DNA of 24,251 nucleotides from a virus (taxonomy: Duplodnaviria; Caudoviricetes): positions 1 to 24,251 of the IMG/VR virus record IMGVR_UViG_3300037350_000004. One strand, given 5' to 3'. Under the pieces are notes generated by a model. That model worked only from the letters and a program-made list of their open reading frames with translations, was not told the origin of the DNA and did no database searches. Both the position numbers and the translations under genes were made by a program. Shown here one piece after another: positions 1 to 9,139 of this stretch; position 1 is the first letter of the stretch, and each line of letters begins with the position of its first letter.

Positions 1-2
1 GA

Positions 3-3000
3 GTTACTCTCGAAGTAGATCCAGTAGGTACAAACCCAGTCGGTGTGTTCACAACCACTAATGACACCAGTGTGCCGACCGGTGCTCCTACAACTGGCGC
101 ACGATCAGGCGACTATGAAATTCTGGCATACGGCCACTCTGGTACACCAGCCACGGCGCCGGCTACGGGGTCAAATTTTGATGGTCGCGGTAGTTACCTC
201 AACAATAACGCCTGCATACTTGGGCACAACAATATCGTCGACCTGGCCGCAAACACGACGGTTACGGCCTTCTCGCCTACGATGGCGAGCAGCAACCCTA
301 ATAAATACGGCGTAGGTCTACTGCTCAGGATCGCGCCTACGTATCGGAATTTAGTCGGCTCGGCGGCTAGTGCTACAACGGTCAGCGTTACGATTAGCGG
401 GCGACGCGCACTGGCGGCTAGTGCTACTGGCGTTGCTACGGCCAGTGGCGCAGTTAGTAAAACAACGCCTGGCGGCGGTGGAGCGACAGCGACTCTGCTC
501 GCCAGTGGTGCTCTTGGGTGGAACAACGCCGCAGGTGCTACGGCATTCACCACTCCTTCGTTGACGCCAGGCGCGGATCGACTGCTGGTGTTACTGGTGA
601 CTGCTCTTGAAGACCTGAACGGCTCCTCCTCGACGTTCATGTCTGGTGCGTCCGTCGTGTCCAGTGGCTCTGGCCCGAGTTGGACGCTGCGCAACTCAAT
701 TACAGCAGCAGCCTCGTATACACCAGTGTCGGGCATCTGGAGCGCCCAGATTGGCGGCACTAGTCCAGGCAGCTTTACCGTCACGTGGACGCGCTCCGCT
801 GCCGCCGCTACTCCGCTTGCCGCGTACTCGTATGCGTTGTACAGCGTGAGCGGATTCGACACGAGCACGCCACTCGGCGGGAGCGTATGTGTATCTGGCG
901 CGGGCGCTGCTGGAAACGGGCCAGTCACGGTCACTCTGAGTGCTGCACCTGCGAGTGCCGACATAACGCTGGCGATCAACCACGCTGACGACGATCAGGC
1001 ACCGCCCAAGGGTGCCACTTTCAGCTCAAGCTTTGGCACCTGGACCGAGGATGCTGATGGTGCCAGCGGTACAGCCTATCATGCGTGGAACGCGGGTCAA
1101 CGTACTGGTTCAACCTCAACTAGCGTCGCGTGGTCGGATGTCAACGACGGCAATGCAGCTTATGGCTCGGCACAAGCAGCAATCGTCGTCAAGGCCTCGG
1201 CAGCTGGTCCATCGTACAAAAATCTTACGGGTAGTGCCGCTGGCGTTGCAGTTGCTTCTGCCACGATCGGCCGTCAAGGAATTCTGAGCGGTCTTAGCGC
1301 TGGCGTCACTTCAGTTACGGCTCTACTCTCAGCGCGAAGAATACTGGTAGCCTCGTCTGCTGGTCGAGCAACAACTACTGCGGTGTTCACGGCACCGCCT
1401 AAATTCGCAACGTCTGTTTCGGCGAATGGTCGCTATCTGCTTGATCAGGTTGGGCAGTCGTATTTCATTCAGGGTAATTCAGCGCAAGTGATGCCGACTG
1501 CTCTGACGGTAACGCAGATGGAGGCCTTCTTCGCTGACCAGGCAGCACGAGGTTTCAATTCTAGTCAGGTTCATCTGTTCGCTAACAATAATCTTGCAAG
1601 CTCATGTCCTTCGAACGGTGCAAATCGCGATGGAGTGGCTCCGTTCACAAATATGACCACATTGAGTGGCCCCAATGAGGGCTATTGGAGTGTGGTCGAT
1701 ACAATGTTCGATCTAGCTGCTGAGTACGGCTTCACGTTGTGGACGAGCGCAGTCGACAATATCTCTTATGCTACTGTGATTGGTGGGATGTCGAATGCTC
1801 AATGTTACACGTTGGGGCAGTTCATCGGGAATCGTTACAAGACCCGTACTAATCTGATCTGGTCATTTGGCAATGACTGGGGTGACGGGTTGGGGAATTA
1901 CCCGAACGATGCAAAGTATCAGCAGGTTCTAGCTGGTATTCAGAGTACTGGCGACACGCATCTAGTCACCACCTGGCTTGATCTCTCAGACTCTACGTCA
2001 TGGGATCTAGATACTTGGGATTCGCTGCACGATGTCATTCTTGCATACAGCTACACGTTGCCATATTGGCAGATTGAGAAGGCGTATCTAGATACTAGTC
2101 CCACAGCACCGCAGCCAGTCTTCTTCGGTGAAGGTAACTATGAAGATGAGCATTGGCACGCTGAGTGGGGAGCAGGGAGTACCACAGACGAGACGCTACG
2201 ACGAACTGCATGGTGGCCAGTCACCTGGGGAGCATGTGGTCAATTCTTCGGACAAGGCAACGTCTGGAACTTTCCGTCTGGTTGGGACACCACGTATCTT
2301 GACACTACTGCTGCTACCGAGAACGAGTACATTGTTCGGTTACTAACGTCGTTTTCGAATTGGCATCTGCTAGTTCCAGATACAAACCATACGCTACTAA
2401 CAGCAGGTTATGGAACCCATAATACAGCTGAAAACACGGACCCACTACTGAATGACTACGCCACAGCTGCGAAGACTCCAGATGGGACACTTGCTATTAT
2501 CTACGTCCCGAGCAGGCTGCTTCAGAGTGGTAGTGCGCGCTCATGGACGGTCAACACTGGAGCAATGGGGACAGTCACTGGCTACTGGTATGATCCAACA
2601 ACGGGTACTACCAGTGCTGCGTCATCGCCGTGGGCTATCCCGACAAGCACACACGCTGATGGCAAGAGCGATTGGGTACTCGTTCTTCAGGGCACGGGAG
2701 CGACTTACAAAAACCTGACTGGTAGCTCAGCAGGTACAACCACACTAACCGTTGCGATCAGTCGTAAACGCTCTTTCATCGTCACTGTAGCTGGTGTTGC
2801 TAGTGTCGCAGTAACCATTGGGCGACGCAGAGCACTTACTGTCACATCTGCTGGTTTATCGACAGCAAGTGCTACGATTGGTCGTCTTAGGGCGCTGAGT
2901 GCAACAACAGCAGGTAGTGCGACGGTTAGTGTTGTCATTGGGCGGAAGCGTGTTCTCACGGCTGCGAGTGGTGGTGTTGCCAGCGTTAGCGTCACGATTG

Positions 3001-4013
3001 GGCGGAGACGCGCACTTACTGCTATCTCAGCTGGTGTAGCGACGACCAGTGCAGTTGCAAGCCGCAGACGAGTTCTAGTAGCTGTATCCGCTGGTGTTGC
3101 GAGCGCGAGCGCGGTTGTTTCGATACGACCAGCAGGCTTTTTAGCGACTTCTGCTGGTGTTGCGACAACTAGTGCAGTTGTAGGACGTAGAAGAGTACTG
3201 ATAGCTGCATCTGCTGGTGTTTCAGTCGCTAGTGGTACGGTTACGATCAGACCATTAGGCTTCACGGGTGCTGCTGCGGGTAGAGGTGTCACAACTGGAC
3301 TAATCAGCGCGTACAGAGTTCTGACTGTAAGCGCTGTTGGATCTACAGCGACTATTGCGGCAGTATCTCGTAGGCGAGCACTGAGCGCGGCTTCGGCAGG
3401 CAGCGTTAGCGTTGCGGCAACCATTACCCGAAGAAGAGCCATCATTGCGTCGTCTACTGGTCAGGCAACAGTAAGTGCAATACTTGGTGCCCGCCGTGTA
3501 CTTGTAGCTCTAGCCGCAGGTAAGACGATCGCTAGCGGTATAGTTACTTCGATAGTAATTGGTTACAAAGCTCTGTATGGCACTGCTAGCGGTGTAGCAT
3601 CGGCTAGTGCAGTGGTTGGACGCCGACGCGTCCTTGTTGCTGTATCAGCTGGTCTTACATCAGCTAGTGCAATAGTTGGACGCAAACGTGTCCTCATTGC
3701 GTCATCTGCTGGTTCTTCCAGTGCTGTTGGCACTACCAGTCGAGGTGTTAGATTAATTGCTACAGCGACTGGTAGAACCAGTGTAAGCGTACAACTGATA
3801 GTTAGTCGTGGTATCAAAGCGACAGCTATTGGTAAGGCGACAGCAAGTGGAACGATAAGTAGACTGCGAACTGTTACTACTACAAGTCCTGGCCCAGACA
3901 TCGTTTCGAGCGATAATATTGTACCAGTCATCTACAGAGCAGATCAATTGGTACCTTATATGTATGCCAAAGGCGCGATGGTACCAAATATCGTGGAGAG
4001 TGCAGAAATATGA
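3..4013 (+). CDS. Large modular virion protein (putative head fibre or decoration), 5'-truncated; beta-rich domains, DUF4038/GH140 apiosidase-like hydrolase with collagen-binding-2-like C-domain, and 20-aa Arg-containing repeats
   Basis: The frame is open from base 3 (gtt act ctc gaa...), so the GTG at 45 is probably not the true start. At ~1395-2695 the motifs VSANGRYLLDQ.G..YFIQG, A.RGFN..Q, G.RYK...NLIWSFGND, PVFFGEGNYE and YATAAKTPDG..AIIYVP...WYDPTTG...DWVLVL are typical of DUF4038 plus collagen-binding-2 proteins. It lies directly upstream of the head-tail adaptor. Confidence 0.8.
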   Translation, partial: VTLEVDPVGTNPVGVFTTTNDTSVPTGAPTTGARSGDYEILAYGHSGTPATAPATGSNFDGRGSYLNNNACILGHNNIVDLAANTTVTAFSPTMASSNPNKYGVGLLLRIAPTYRNLVGSAASATTVSVTISGRRALAASATGVATASGAVSKTTPGGGGATATLLASGALGWNNAAGATAFTTPSLTPGADRLLVLLVTALEDLNGSSSTFMSGASVVSSGSGPSWTLRNSITAAASYTPVSGIWSAQIGGTSPGSFTVTWTRSAAAATPLAAYSYALYSVSGFDTSTPLGGSVCVSGAGAAGNGPVTVTLSAAPASADITLAINHADDDQAPPKGATFSSSFGTWTEDADGASGTAYHAWNAGQRTGSTSTSVAWSDVNDGNAAYGSAQAAIVVKASAAGPSYKNLTGSAAGVAVASATIGRQGILSGLSAGVTSVTALLSARRILVASSAGRATTTAVFTAPPKFATSVSANGRYLLDQVGQSYFIQGNSAQVMPTALTVTQMEAFFADQAARGFNSSQVHLFANNNLASSCPSNGANRDGVAPFTNMTTLSGPNEGYWSVVDTMFDLAAEYGFTLWTSAVDNISYATVIGGMSNAQCYTLGQFIGNRYKTRTNLIWSFGNDWGDGLGNYPNDAKYQQVLAGIQSTGDTHLVTTWLDLSDSTSWDLDTWDSLHDVILAYSYTLPYWQIEKAYLDTSPTAPQPVFFGEGNYEDEHWHAEWGAGSTTDETLRRTAWWPVTWGACGQFFGQGNVWNFPSGWDTTYLDTTAATENEYIVRLLTSFSNWHLLVPDTNHTLLTAGYGTHNTAENTDPLLNDYATAAKTPDGTLAIIYVPSRLLQSGSARSWTVNTGAMGTVTGYWYDPTTGTTSAASSPWAIPTSTHADGKSDWVLVLQGTGATYKNLTGSSAGTTTLTVAISRKRSFIVTVAGVASVAVTIGRRRALTVTSAGLSTASATIGRLRALSATTAGSATVSVVIGRKRVLTAASGGVASVSVTIGRRRALTAISAGVATTSAVASRRRVLVAVSAGVASASAVVSIRPAGFLATSAGVATTSAVVGRRRVLIAASAGVSVASGTVTIRPLGFTGAAAGRGVTTGLISAYRVLTVSAVGSTATIAAVSRRRALSAASAGSVSVAATITRRRAIIASSTGQATVSAILGARRVLVALAAGKTIASGIVTSIVIGYKALYGTASGVASASAVVGRRRVLVAVSAGLTSASAIVGRKRVLIASSAGSSSAVGTTSRGVRLIATATGRTSVSVQLIVSRGIKATAIGKATASGTISRLRTVTTTSPGPDIVSSDNIVPVIYRADQLVPYMYAKGAMVPNIVESAEI
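2700..3870 (+). repeat. About 19 tandem degenerate ~20-aa (60-bp) coding repeats, consensus AGVASASAVVGRRRVLxAxS
   Basis: Visible in translation, e.g. AGVASVAVTIGRRRALTVTS / AGLSTASATIGRLRALSATT / AGSATVSVVIGRKRVLTAAS / GGVASVSVTIGRRRALTAIS. Shorter runs also occur at ~360-460 and ~1235-1390. Confidence 0.9.
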
Positions 4014-4855
4014 TTATCCTGGGCATACGTGTATCCAACGTTAATGAGGTGATAACCCAATACGACCTGATCAGGGTCTACCGCGATGATGCTCAGGATG
4101 CACCATTTGCCGATCCACCAATAGGCACTGTGCAGCTAGTGGCTGGCAAGATAGACTATGAATACTTGGACGATACTGGAGATGACGTTCATTGGTATTC
4201 TGCCAGTTACTACAGCACGACGGATCCTTTTATTGAGAGTGATAAGTCTATACCATTCAAGGGCATACCTGCTAATGGGCCTCTAGGTATTCTGACACCC
4301 GATTACATTAGGGCCAACACGGACTTTCCTGGGTTGGCAGCTATGAACGATACCAAGCTGTGGAACTACATCTGGCGTGCTGAGGCATTGATCATGAGTT
4401 GGTCTCAGCAGTATGGTGGATTCTGCACTGAAGAAAAACCTAATTGGGCTACGATGTCAAGAATCGCTGGCTTGATGGTAGTGGAGCAGCTATATATCAC
4501 AACAGATGCCAGTACCAGGATACGTAACGTCAGCGGTATGAAGTCCGAGAGAATTGGGTCGTACCAATACACGATGGCGGATCCAGGTACTACTACCACG
4601 ACCGTTGACCCCAACAATCCTTATGCCTTTGGTGCAGAGCCTATTGCCATTCTGGGGTACTATACCTGTGGAACAAGCTCGACAGTCCATATGAAGACAA
4701 CACACGTTTTCCCAGAGCTAGCACCGATAGCAGGGTATCCTCTTACTCCGCAGTATGTTGGTGTAGAGGTTAGACCCTGGCACGATTTTACCGACCTTGA
4801 ATTACTGCGCGGTGTGCTTCTCCCAGGGCCACTACGCATCCAGGGGCACGACTAA
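4010..4855 (+). CDS. Head-tail adaptor/connector (SPP1 gp15 / HK97 gp6-like) with an N-terminal FN3/Ig-like extension
   Basis: Helical core (LTPDYIRA...IWRAEALI) and the KSERIGSYQYT motif typical of connectors. First of the neck genes; ATGA overlap with the previous gene. Confidence 0.7.
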   Translation: MIILGIRVSNVNEVITQYDLIRVYRDDAQDAPFADPPIGTVQLVAGKIDYEYLDDTGDDVHWYSASYYSTTDPFIESDKSIPFKGIPANGPLGILTPDYIRANTDFPGLAAMNDTKLWNYIWRAEALIMSWSQQYGGFCTEEKPNWATMSRIAGLMVVEQLYITTDASTRIRNVSGMKSERIGSYQYTMADPGTTTTTVDPNNPYAFGAEPIAILGYYTCGTSSTVHMKTTHVFPELAPIAGYPLTPQYVGVEVRPWHDFTDLELLRGVLLPGPLRIQGHD

Positions 4856-5214
4856 TGCCCATTGCAGCGCTGCTAAACCGAATATGCGACATCTGGGGTA
4901 TGATACCTTCTGATCCAGAGGCAGAAGACTCTGTTGATGTTGAGACTATCGTGTACTCAGGTGTCGCGTGTAGGGTAGACAGCATCTTGTATCGCCGCAG
5001 TGCAGAAGGAACTGTGTCTGGTGGGGCGCAGGGTTCCAAGCGTGCTGTTATCTTTATACAGGATTCCAGGCTGCAATACCCTGAGAATTTCAACGAGAAC
5101 AACTGGATAGTCGAAAACGGCATGCGTTACGACATCCTGTACATAGACGAGGCGGACGATATGTTCAATCTGCACCACTATGAAGTCAATGTTCAGGCTG
5201 GGATAAACCGCTGA
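4855..5214 (+). CDS. Head-closure/stopper protein (SPP1 gp16-like)
   Basis: 119 aa, beta-rich (LLNRICDIW..., VYSGVACRVD, ENGMRYDILYID...HHYEVNV); follows the adaptor with a TAATG overlap. Confidence 0.7.
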   Translation: MPIAALLNRICDIWGMIPSDPEAEDSVDVETIVYSGVACRVDSILYRRSAEGTVSGGAQGSKRAVIFIQDSRLQYPENFNENNWIVENGMRYDILYIDEADDMFNLHHYEVNVQAGINR

Positions 5215-5972
5215 TGGTAAGTCCTCTTTCGTTATACCAGAGTTCTGGGCAGACGTTTACCCAACGCGGCAGACCAGGTCGTACTGGAGTAACTTATGCT
5301 CGGGATAAGGTTAATGATTTCCAAGGTGCCATTGAGGATATGGCAGCTTTGAATGCCAGACTTCTAGTAGTGTCGCAAGAATCTGCTATGGCGCTTGCAG
5401 ATGCCCTTACCTTCAACACCAAAGCGGCTATCAGGCGGCACATGCCATCTGGTGCTTGGCGACCGCGCGATGAGAGATCTGGGGAAGCATTTGAGTTCTC
5501 TCTGGGCAGGTTGTTGGCGGCGTGGGGTATATATACCCCAGAAGCGATGCGTGGCAACATTGATCCAGTTGGGATGGTCCCGATACAAGTCAAGCACGAG
5601 CAATGGGCGGTAGAGAACGGTGTTGCTGGTAGTCCTAGCATAGAAGAAGGTCGTGACATTGGTGAAGAGAAGTCCGTCTTCATGGGGGCAATCTCCGAGA
5701 CCAGACGTGTAAAAGGTAACGTCTGGACGGCAGAGGTTGGGACGTTCTTGCCGTATGCTGGTCTGGCTAACGATGGTGGTACCATGTGGATTCATCCGTA
5801 TGGTAATCGCAACGCGCCAGTAGTGGAAGCACATTGGGAAGGTGTGCATTTCATGGAAGAAGGTATTGCTACAACAGAAGGCCAGGTAGAAGACATCGTT
5901 ACTGGTACTATCCAGGCTGCTTTAGAGGGGCAGACAGGTAGAAGGCGGGTAAACAGGCGTCGTCGTGGTTAG
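5214..5972 (+). CDS. HK97 gp10-like neck/tail-completion protein
   Basis: AEVGTFLPYAGLANDGGT...EGVHFMEEGI resembles the gp10-family pattern VGT..EYA..VE.GT...G.HFM; synteny agrees; Arg-rich C-terminus. Confidence 0.7.
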   Translation: MVSPLSLYQSSGQTFTQRGRPGRTGVTYARDKVNDFQGAIEDMAALNARLLVVSQESAMALADALTFNTKAAIRRHMPSGAWRPRDERSGEAFEFSLGRLLAAWGIYTPEAMRGNIDPVGMVPIQVKHEQWAVENGVAGSPSIEEGRDIGEEKSVFMGAISETRRVKGNVWTAEVGTFLPYAGLANDGGTMWIHPYGNRNAPVVEAHWEGVHFMEEGIATTEGQVEDIVTGTIQAALEGQTGRRRVNRRRRG

Positions 5973-5985
5973 GTCATCAGTAACT

Positions 5986-6849
5986 ATGGATCTCGAGGAG
6001 CAGTTTCACTCAGTGAAACATGCTATCTGGGAACTATACCCCACTGGCAGCAAAATGAGGGTGTTGGAGCAACGCCCTGACATCTTGGTGCGACCTAGCT
6101 GGCGGGTAAGTTACCTGGCGCATCGTGATGAGCAGCTAACCTCACGTCGGTACAGGCAGGTGGTTGATTGGACGATCGACTACTATGGTCTCACGCGCGT
6201 AGACGTGATGGACAGTATAAACACGTTTGAGAAATCTATCAAGCAAGGAGGAGCAAGATTTAGGTTAGTCAATCTCATACCAGCCTGGCGGTTTGAGTGG
6301 CAGTATCCTCCTGTTGTAGTGTCTTCTATACAGGTTGCTGATGGTAATGTCGCATCTGCCACGTATCAAGTGCGCGTCGGTGCTGTTGATGCCTGTGACA
6401 ATGAAAGCGCTGCCAGTGTTGCTCAAGAAGTGGTAGTGGTGGACAATGCTATCAGGGTGCGTATCCCGCGTGTGCCATACAGCTCACCTCTCTTCAAGCA
6501 ATTCAAAATCTACGTGAACGGTAGCTTGGAGGGTGTAGTAGATCTGCCTTACAGGCAAGGATTACTGTATCCACAGATTGTGATAAAAGATCTACTTGGC
6601 ACTGGTGCTGCCCCACTGGAGCCAGGTGCTACAGTTAGGGTCAGGTGGCAAAATCTACGTGTCACAGGATGGGCGTCCAGCAGTCGGGAAGACGATATAA
6701 AGAATGGTGTGTTTACAGGTAATATCAGCCTACAAACCACTGTGGAACAGGAGCATGATCGCGTACAATTACCGACTATCGAGCGCGTGGATATTGATAC
6801 GACACTCAACGTTTCCGACAGGTTTACTATCACGGTTGGAGTTGATTAG
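5986..6849 (+). CDS. Tail terminator (XkdJ-like position) with an inserted FN3/Ig-like segment; alternative start GTG 5965
   Basis: Lies between the gp10-like gene and the sheath. Terminator-like halves (RPSWRV...WTIDYY; LRVTGW...VFTGNISLQT) are split by ATYQVRVGAVDACDNESAAS...FKIYV. Confidence 0.6.
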   Translation: MDLEEQFHSVKHAIWELYPTGSKMRVLEQRPDILVRPSWRVSYLAHRDEQLTSRRYRQVVDWTIDYYGLTRVDVMDSINTFEKSIKQGGARFRLVNLIPAWRFEWQYPPVVVSSIQVADGNVASATYQVRVGAVDACDNESAASVAQEVVVVDNAIRVRIPRVPYSSPLFKQFKIYVNGSLEGVVDLPYRQGLLYPQIVIKDLLGTGAAPLEPGATVRVRWQNLRVTGWASSSREDDIKNGVFTGNISLQTTVEQEHDRVQLPTIERVDIDTTLNVSDRFTITVGVD

Positions 6850-7158
6850 ATGACAGAACAACCGCCTGTGACACCAGAAGAACCAGTGGATAGCGGAGAA
6901 GATGTGGCTCCACCTACACAAACTGAGAAAGATGCCGAAAAAACTGCGAAGCAAACTGAGATTGCCAGTACGGAATATAGTGCAGCAGATCATCACACCT
7001 ATTCCATGATGATGTATCAGCAACCAGCCTGGGTTGTAGACGCGGTGTTTGCTTCAGGGCAGTTGGACCCAAATCAGAAGCATACTCCGGGTCAAGTGCA
7101 AGCGGCTATCGATAGCATGATGGCGGCATCAGACAAGCAGTTCGAGGAGGTCCAATAA
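6850..7158 (+). CDS. Small acidic protein, YqzN/YkzM-like
   Basis: Disordered acidic N-terminus, then QQPAWVVDAVF...HTPGQVQAAIDSMM. Same position just before the sheath as ykzM/yqzN in PBSX/skin. Confidence 0.5.
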   Translation: MTEQPPVTPEEPVDSGEDVAPPTQTEKDAEKTAKQTEIASTEYSAADHHTYSMMMYQQPAWVVDAVFASGQLDPNQKHTPGQVQAAIDSMMAASDKQFEEVQ

Positions 7159-8646
7159 ATGCCAGGTGGTCCATGGTCTCCAGCTGCACCCCCGACTCGT
7201 CCAGGTCTATACATCAACTTTATCTCGGACGCTCTTGCAGCAGTTACCACAGGAGTCCGAGGCAGAGTTGCAATGATCGTCCGGAGTCAGTGGGGTAATG
7301 CTAACGCAGCGCAGGTAGTTGACAGCTTTTCGGATCTCGTCAACTATTACACTGCCAGCGAAACGGCTCCCGACAACGCCTATTACGCAGGTCGCCAAGC
7401 GTTCCTGGGTGGTGCGCGGGAACTGAGGATGTACCGTATCCTTGGTGCCAGCTCTGTGAAAGCGACGATTACACTTCAAGACACGACTGGCGTGCCAGTC
7501 AATTCGATCAAGTTTGATGCAAAGAATGCTGGTACCTACGGCAACTCATTCCTGATCCAGACAAGAGTCAATCCTGGTGATGCTACCAAGTCAGACATCC
7601 TATTCACAGTCGGTGCTACACTGATGGCTGTTTGGACCAGCAGTGTACCTCGCGGCGCGGTAGGACACATGAAGAACTTGGTGGATCTCGTCAACGCGGA
7701 CACTGGCAACTACTGGGTCACAGCTTCACTCCTGGCTGAAGGTAACAGTACACCAGCGACTGCTTCATTGACACTAGGTGGAGGTAGCAACGGTTCGGCT
7801 CCTGTTATGCAGGACTACGTCAACCTGTTGGCTACCATTGCCCTGGAAGCAGATGAGTGGGACGTCTTCACTGCAGACGTTAAGAACTCCGATCTGGCTG
7901 GTATCGAAGCCACGTTTTCCACATGGTTCAAAGATCTTCGTAACGAAGGATATCGCTGCGCTATGATTCTGGGTAGCGGCTTGGCAGAAACCGCTGCTAC
8001 GGCAGAGGCGACTGCGGCTGGTATCAATCAGGAAGGTGTGCAGTACGTATTCCCAGGCGTGCAGCAGGTTGACTCTGCTGGCAATCTCCTGACCAAACGT
8101 GGCTCTGCCTTTGCTGCCCAGATTGCTGGCATCAGAGCTTCTTTGCCGTTGGGCCAGGGGATGACATATTATCCAGTACAGGAGGTGCTTTCTCTCGAAG
8201 CGAAGTCTAAAGGTAGCACGATCGATCTACTCATCAAGAACGGTGTGACTGTTCTTGGTAAGGCGGGCCAGAGCTACCATGTTGTCAAGGGCGTGACTAC
8301 CTTGGTGACACCTGGTCTGGCAATGGACGGGAACCCCATTCCTCAGGGGTTCAAGAAGGTATCGATCGTCAACACTTGCGATGCTATTGCAGCTGCGATC
8401 GAGTTGGCTGCACGGACAAACTATATTGGGAAAGTCCCCAACGACACGGATGGTCAGCAGGCCATTATTGGTGTGGTGCGCGACTTTCTGCGAGTGATGG
8501 CAGGGCAACGTGCCATCCGCAACAACTACACCGTTGGTCTCAGTGAGAGAGCGGAGTCGGAAGGCGAACGCTTGTACCTAGACATGGTGATAACTGTCGT
8601 TGACACCATCGACGTTATCCTCATGACCGTAAAGGTTGGGACATAA
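7159..8646 (+). CDS. Contractile tail sheath protein (XkdK-like)
   Basis: N-terminus MPGGPW...TRPGLYINF, AKNAGTYGN, LGGGSNG, and C-terminal KGVTTL...FKKVSIV...YIGKVPND.DG; 495 aa; RBS gaggagg upstream. Confidence 0.93.
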   Translation: MPGGPWSPAAPPTRPGLYINFISDALAAVTTGVRGRVAMIVRSQWGNANAAQVVDSFSDLVNYYTASETAPDNAYYAGRQAFLGGARELRMYRILGASSVKATITLQDTTGVPVNSIKFDAKNAGTYGNSFLIQTRVNPGDATKSDILFTVGATLMAVWTSSVPRGAVGHMKNLVDLVNADTGNYWVTASLLAEGNSTPATASLTLGGGSNGSAPVMQDYVNLLATIALEADEWDVFTADVKNSDLAGIEATFSTWFKDLRNEGYRCAMILGSGLAETAATAEATAAGINQEGVQYVFPGVQQVDSAGNLLTKRGSAFAAQIAGIRASLPLGQGMTYYPVQEVLSLEAKSKGSTIDLLIKNGVTVLGKAGQSYHVVKGVTTLVTPGLAMDGNPIPQGFKKVSIVNTCDAIAAAIELAARTNYIGKVPNDTDGQQAIIGVVRDFLRVMAGQRAIRNNYTVGLSERAESEGERLYLDMVITVVDTIDVILMTVKVGT

Positions 8647-8647
8647 C

Positions 8648-9124
8648 ATGGCACTGAATCCAGATCGTACTATCAATGGCTCCTACGGCGAACTGTTCCT
8701 TGATGGTGTGTGGCAGACCCAAGTGCAGCGCGTTGAGGGTCGTATTACGATCAACCGTCGTGAGGTGCGTCTAGCTGGCGCACGTCAAACAGGTTACAAG
8801 GCGACTGGCACGGCTGGTGATGGCACCATCACGGGCTTCAAAGTCACGAGCCATTTCATGCGTATGATTGGTGCCTACCAGCGACACAGCCGCTCTCGGC
8901 AGGTACCGTCCTTGATCAGATACGAGCTGGACGATCCAGAGGCGTTTGGTGCTGAGGTCGTCGAGTTGCTTGGAGTCAAGTTCTGGGAGATCCCTCTTGG
9001 CTTCCAGGTAGACGAGCTGGTTGAGGAAGCGATTCCTTTCACATTCATCAATCACAACCTGTTGTCCTGCATCGACGGTGACCTGCAAGAGTGGGAATCC
9101 GAAGGCCAGGATAACTGCGGCTAA
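8648..9124 (+). CDS. Tail tube protein (XkdM-like)
   Basis: MALNPDRTINGSYGELFLDG...GDGTITGFKVTS...LDDPEAFGAEVVEL.GVKFWEIPL...EEAIPFTF is the XkdM family pattern. ATG 8648 is preferred over the 8636 start. Confidence 0.92.
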   Translation: MALNPDRTINGSYGELFLDGVWQTQVQRVEGRITINRREVRLAGARQTGYKATGTAGDGTITGFKVTSHFMRMIGAYQRHSRSRQVPSLIRYELDDPEAFGAEVVELLGVKFWEIPLGFQVDELVEEAIPFTFINHNLLSCIDGDLQEWESEGQDNCG

Positions 9125-9139
9125 GAGGTAATAGCGGGC

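Noticed and set aside
2700-3870. CRISPR-like or non-coding DNA repeat array
   Set aside because: The ~60-bp periodicity is degenerate at DNA level and conserved only as protein; there are no identical repeats with unique spacers.
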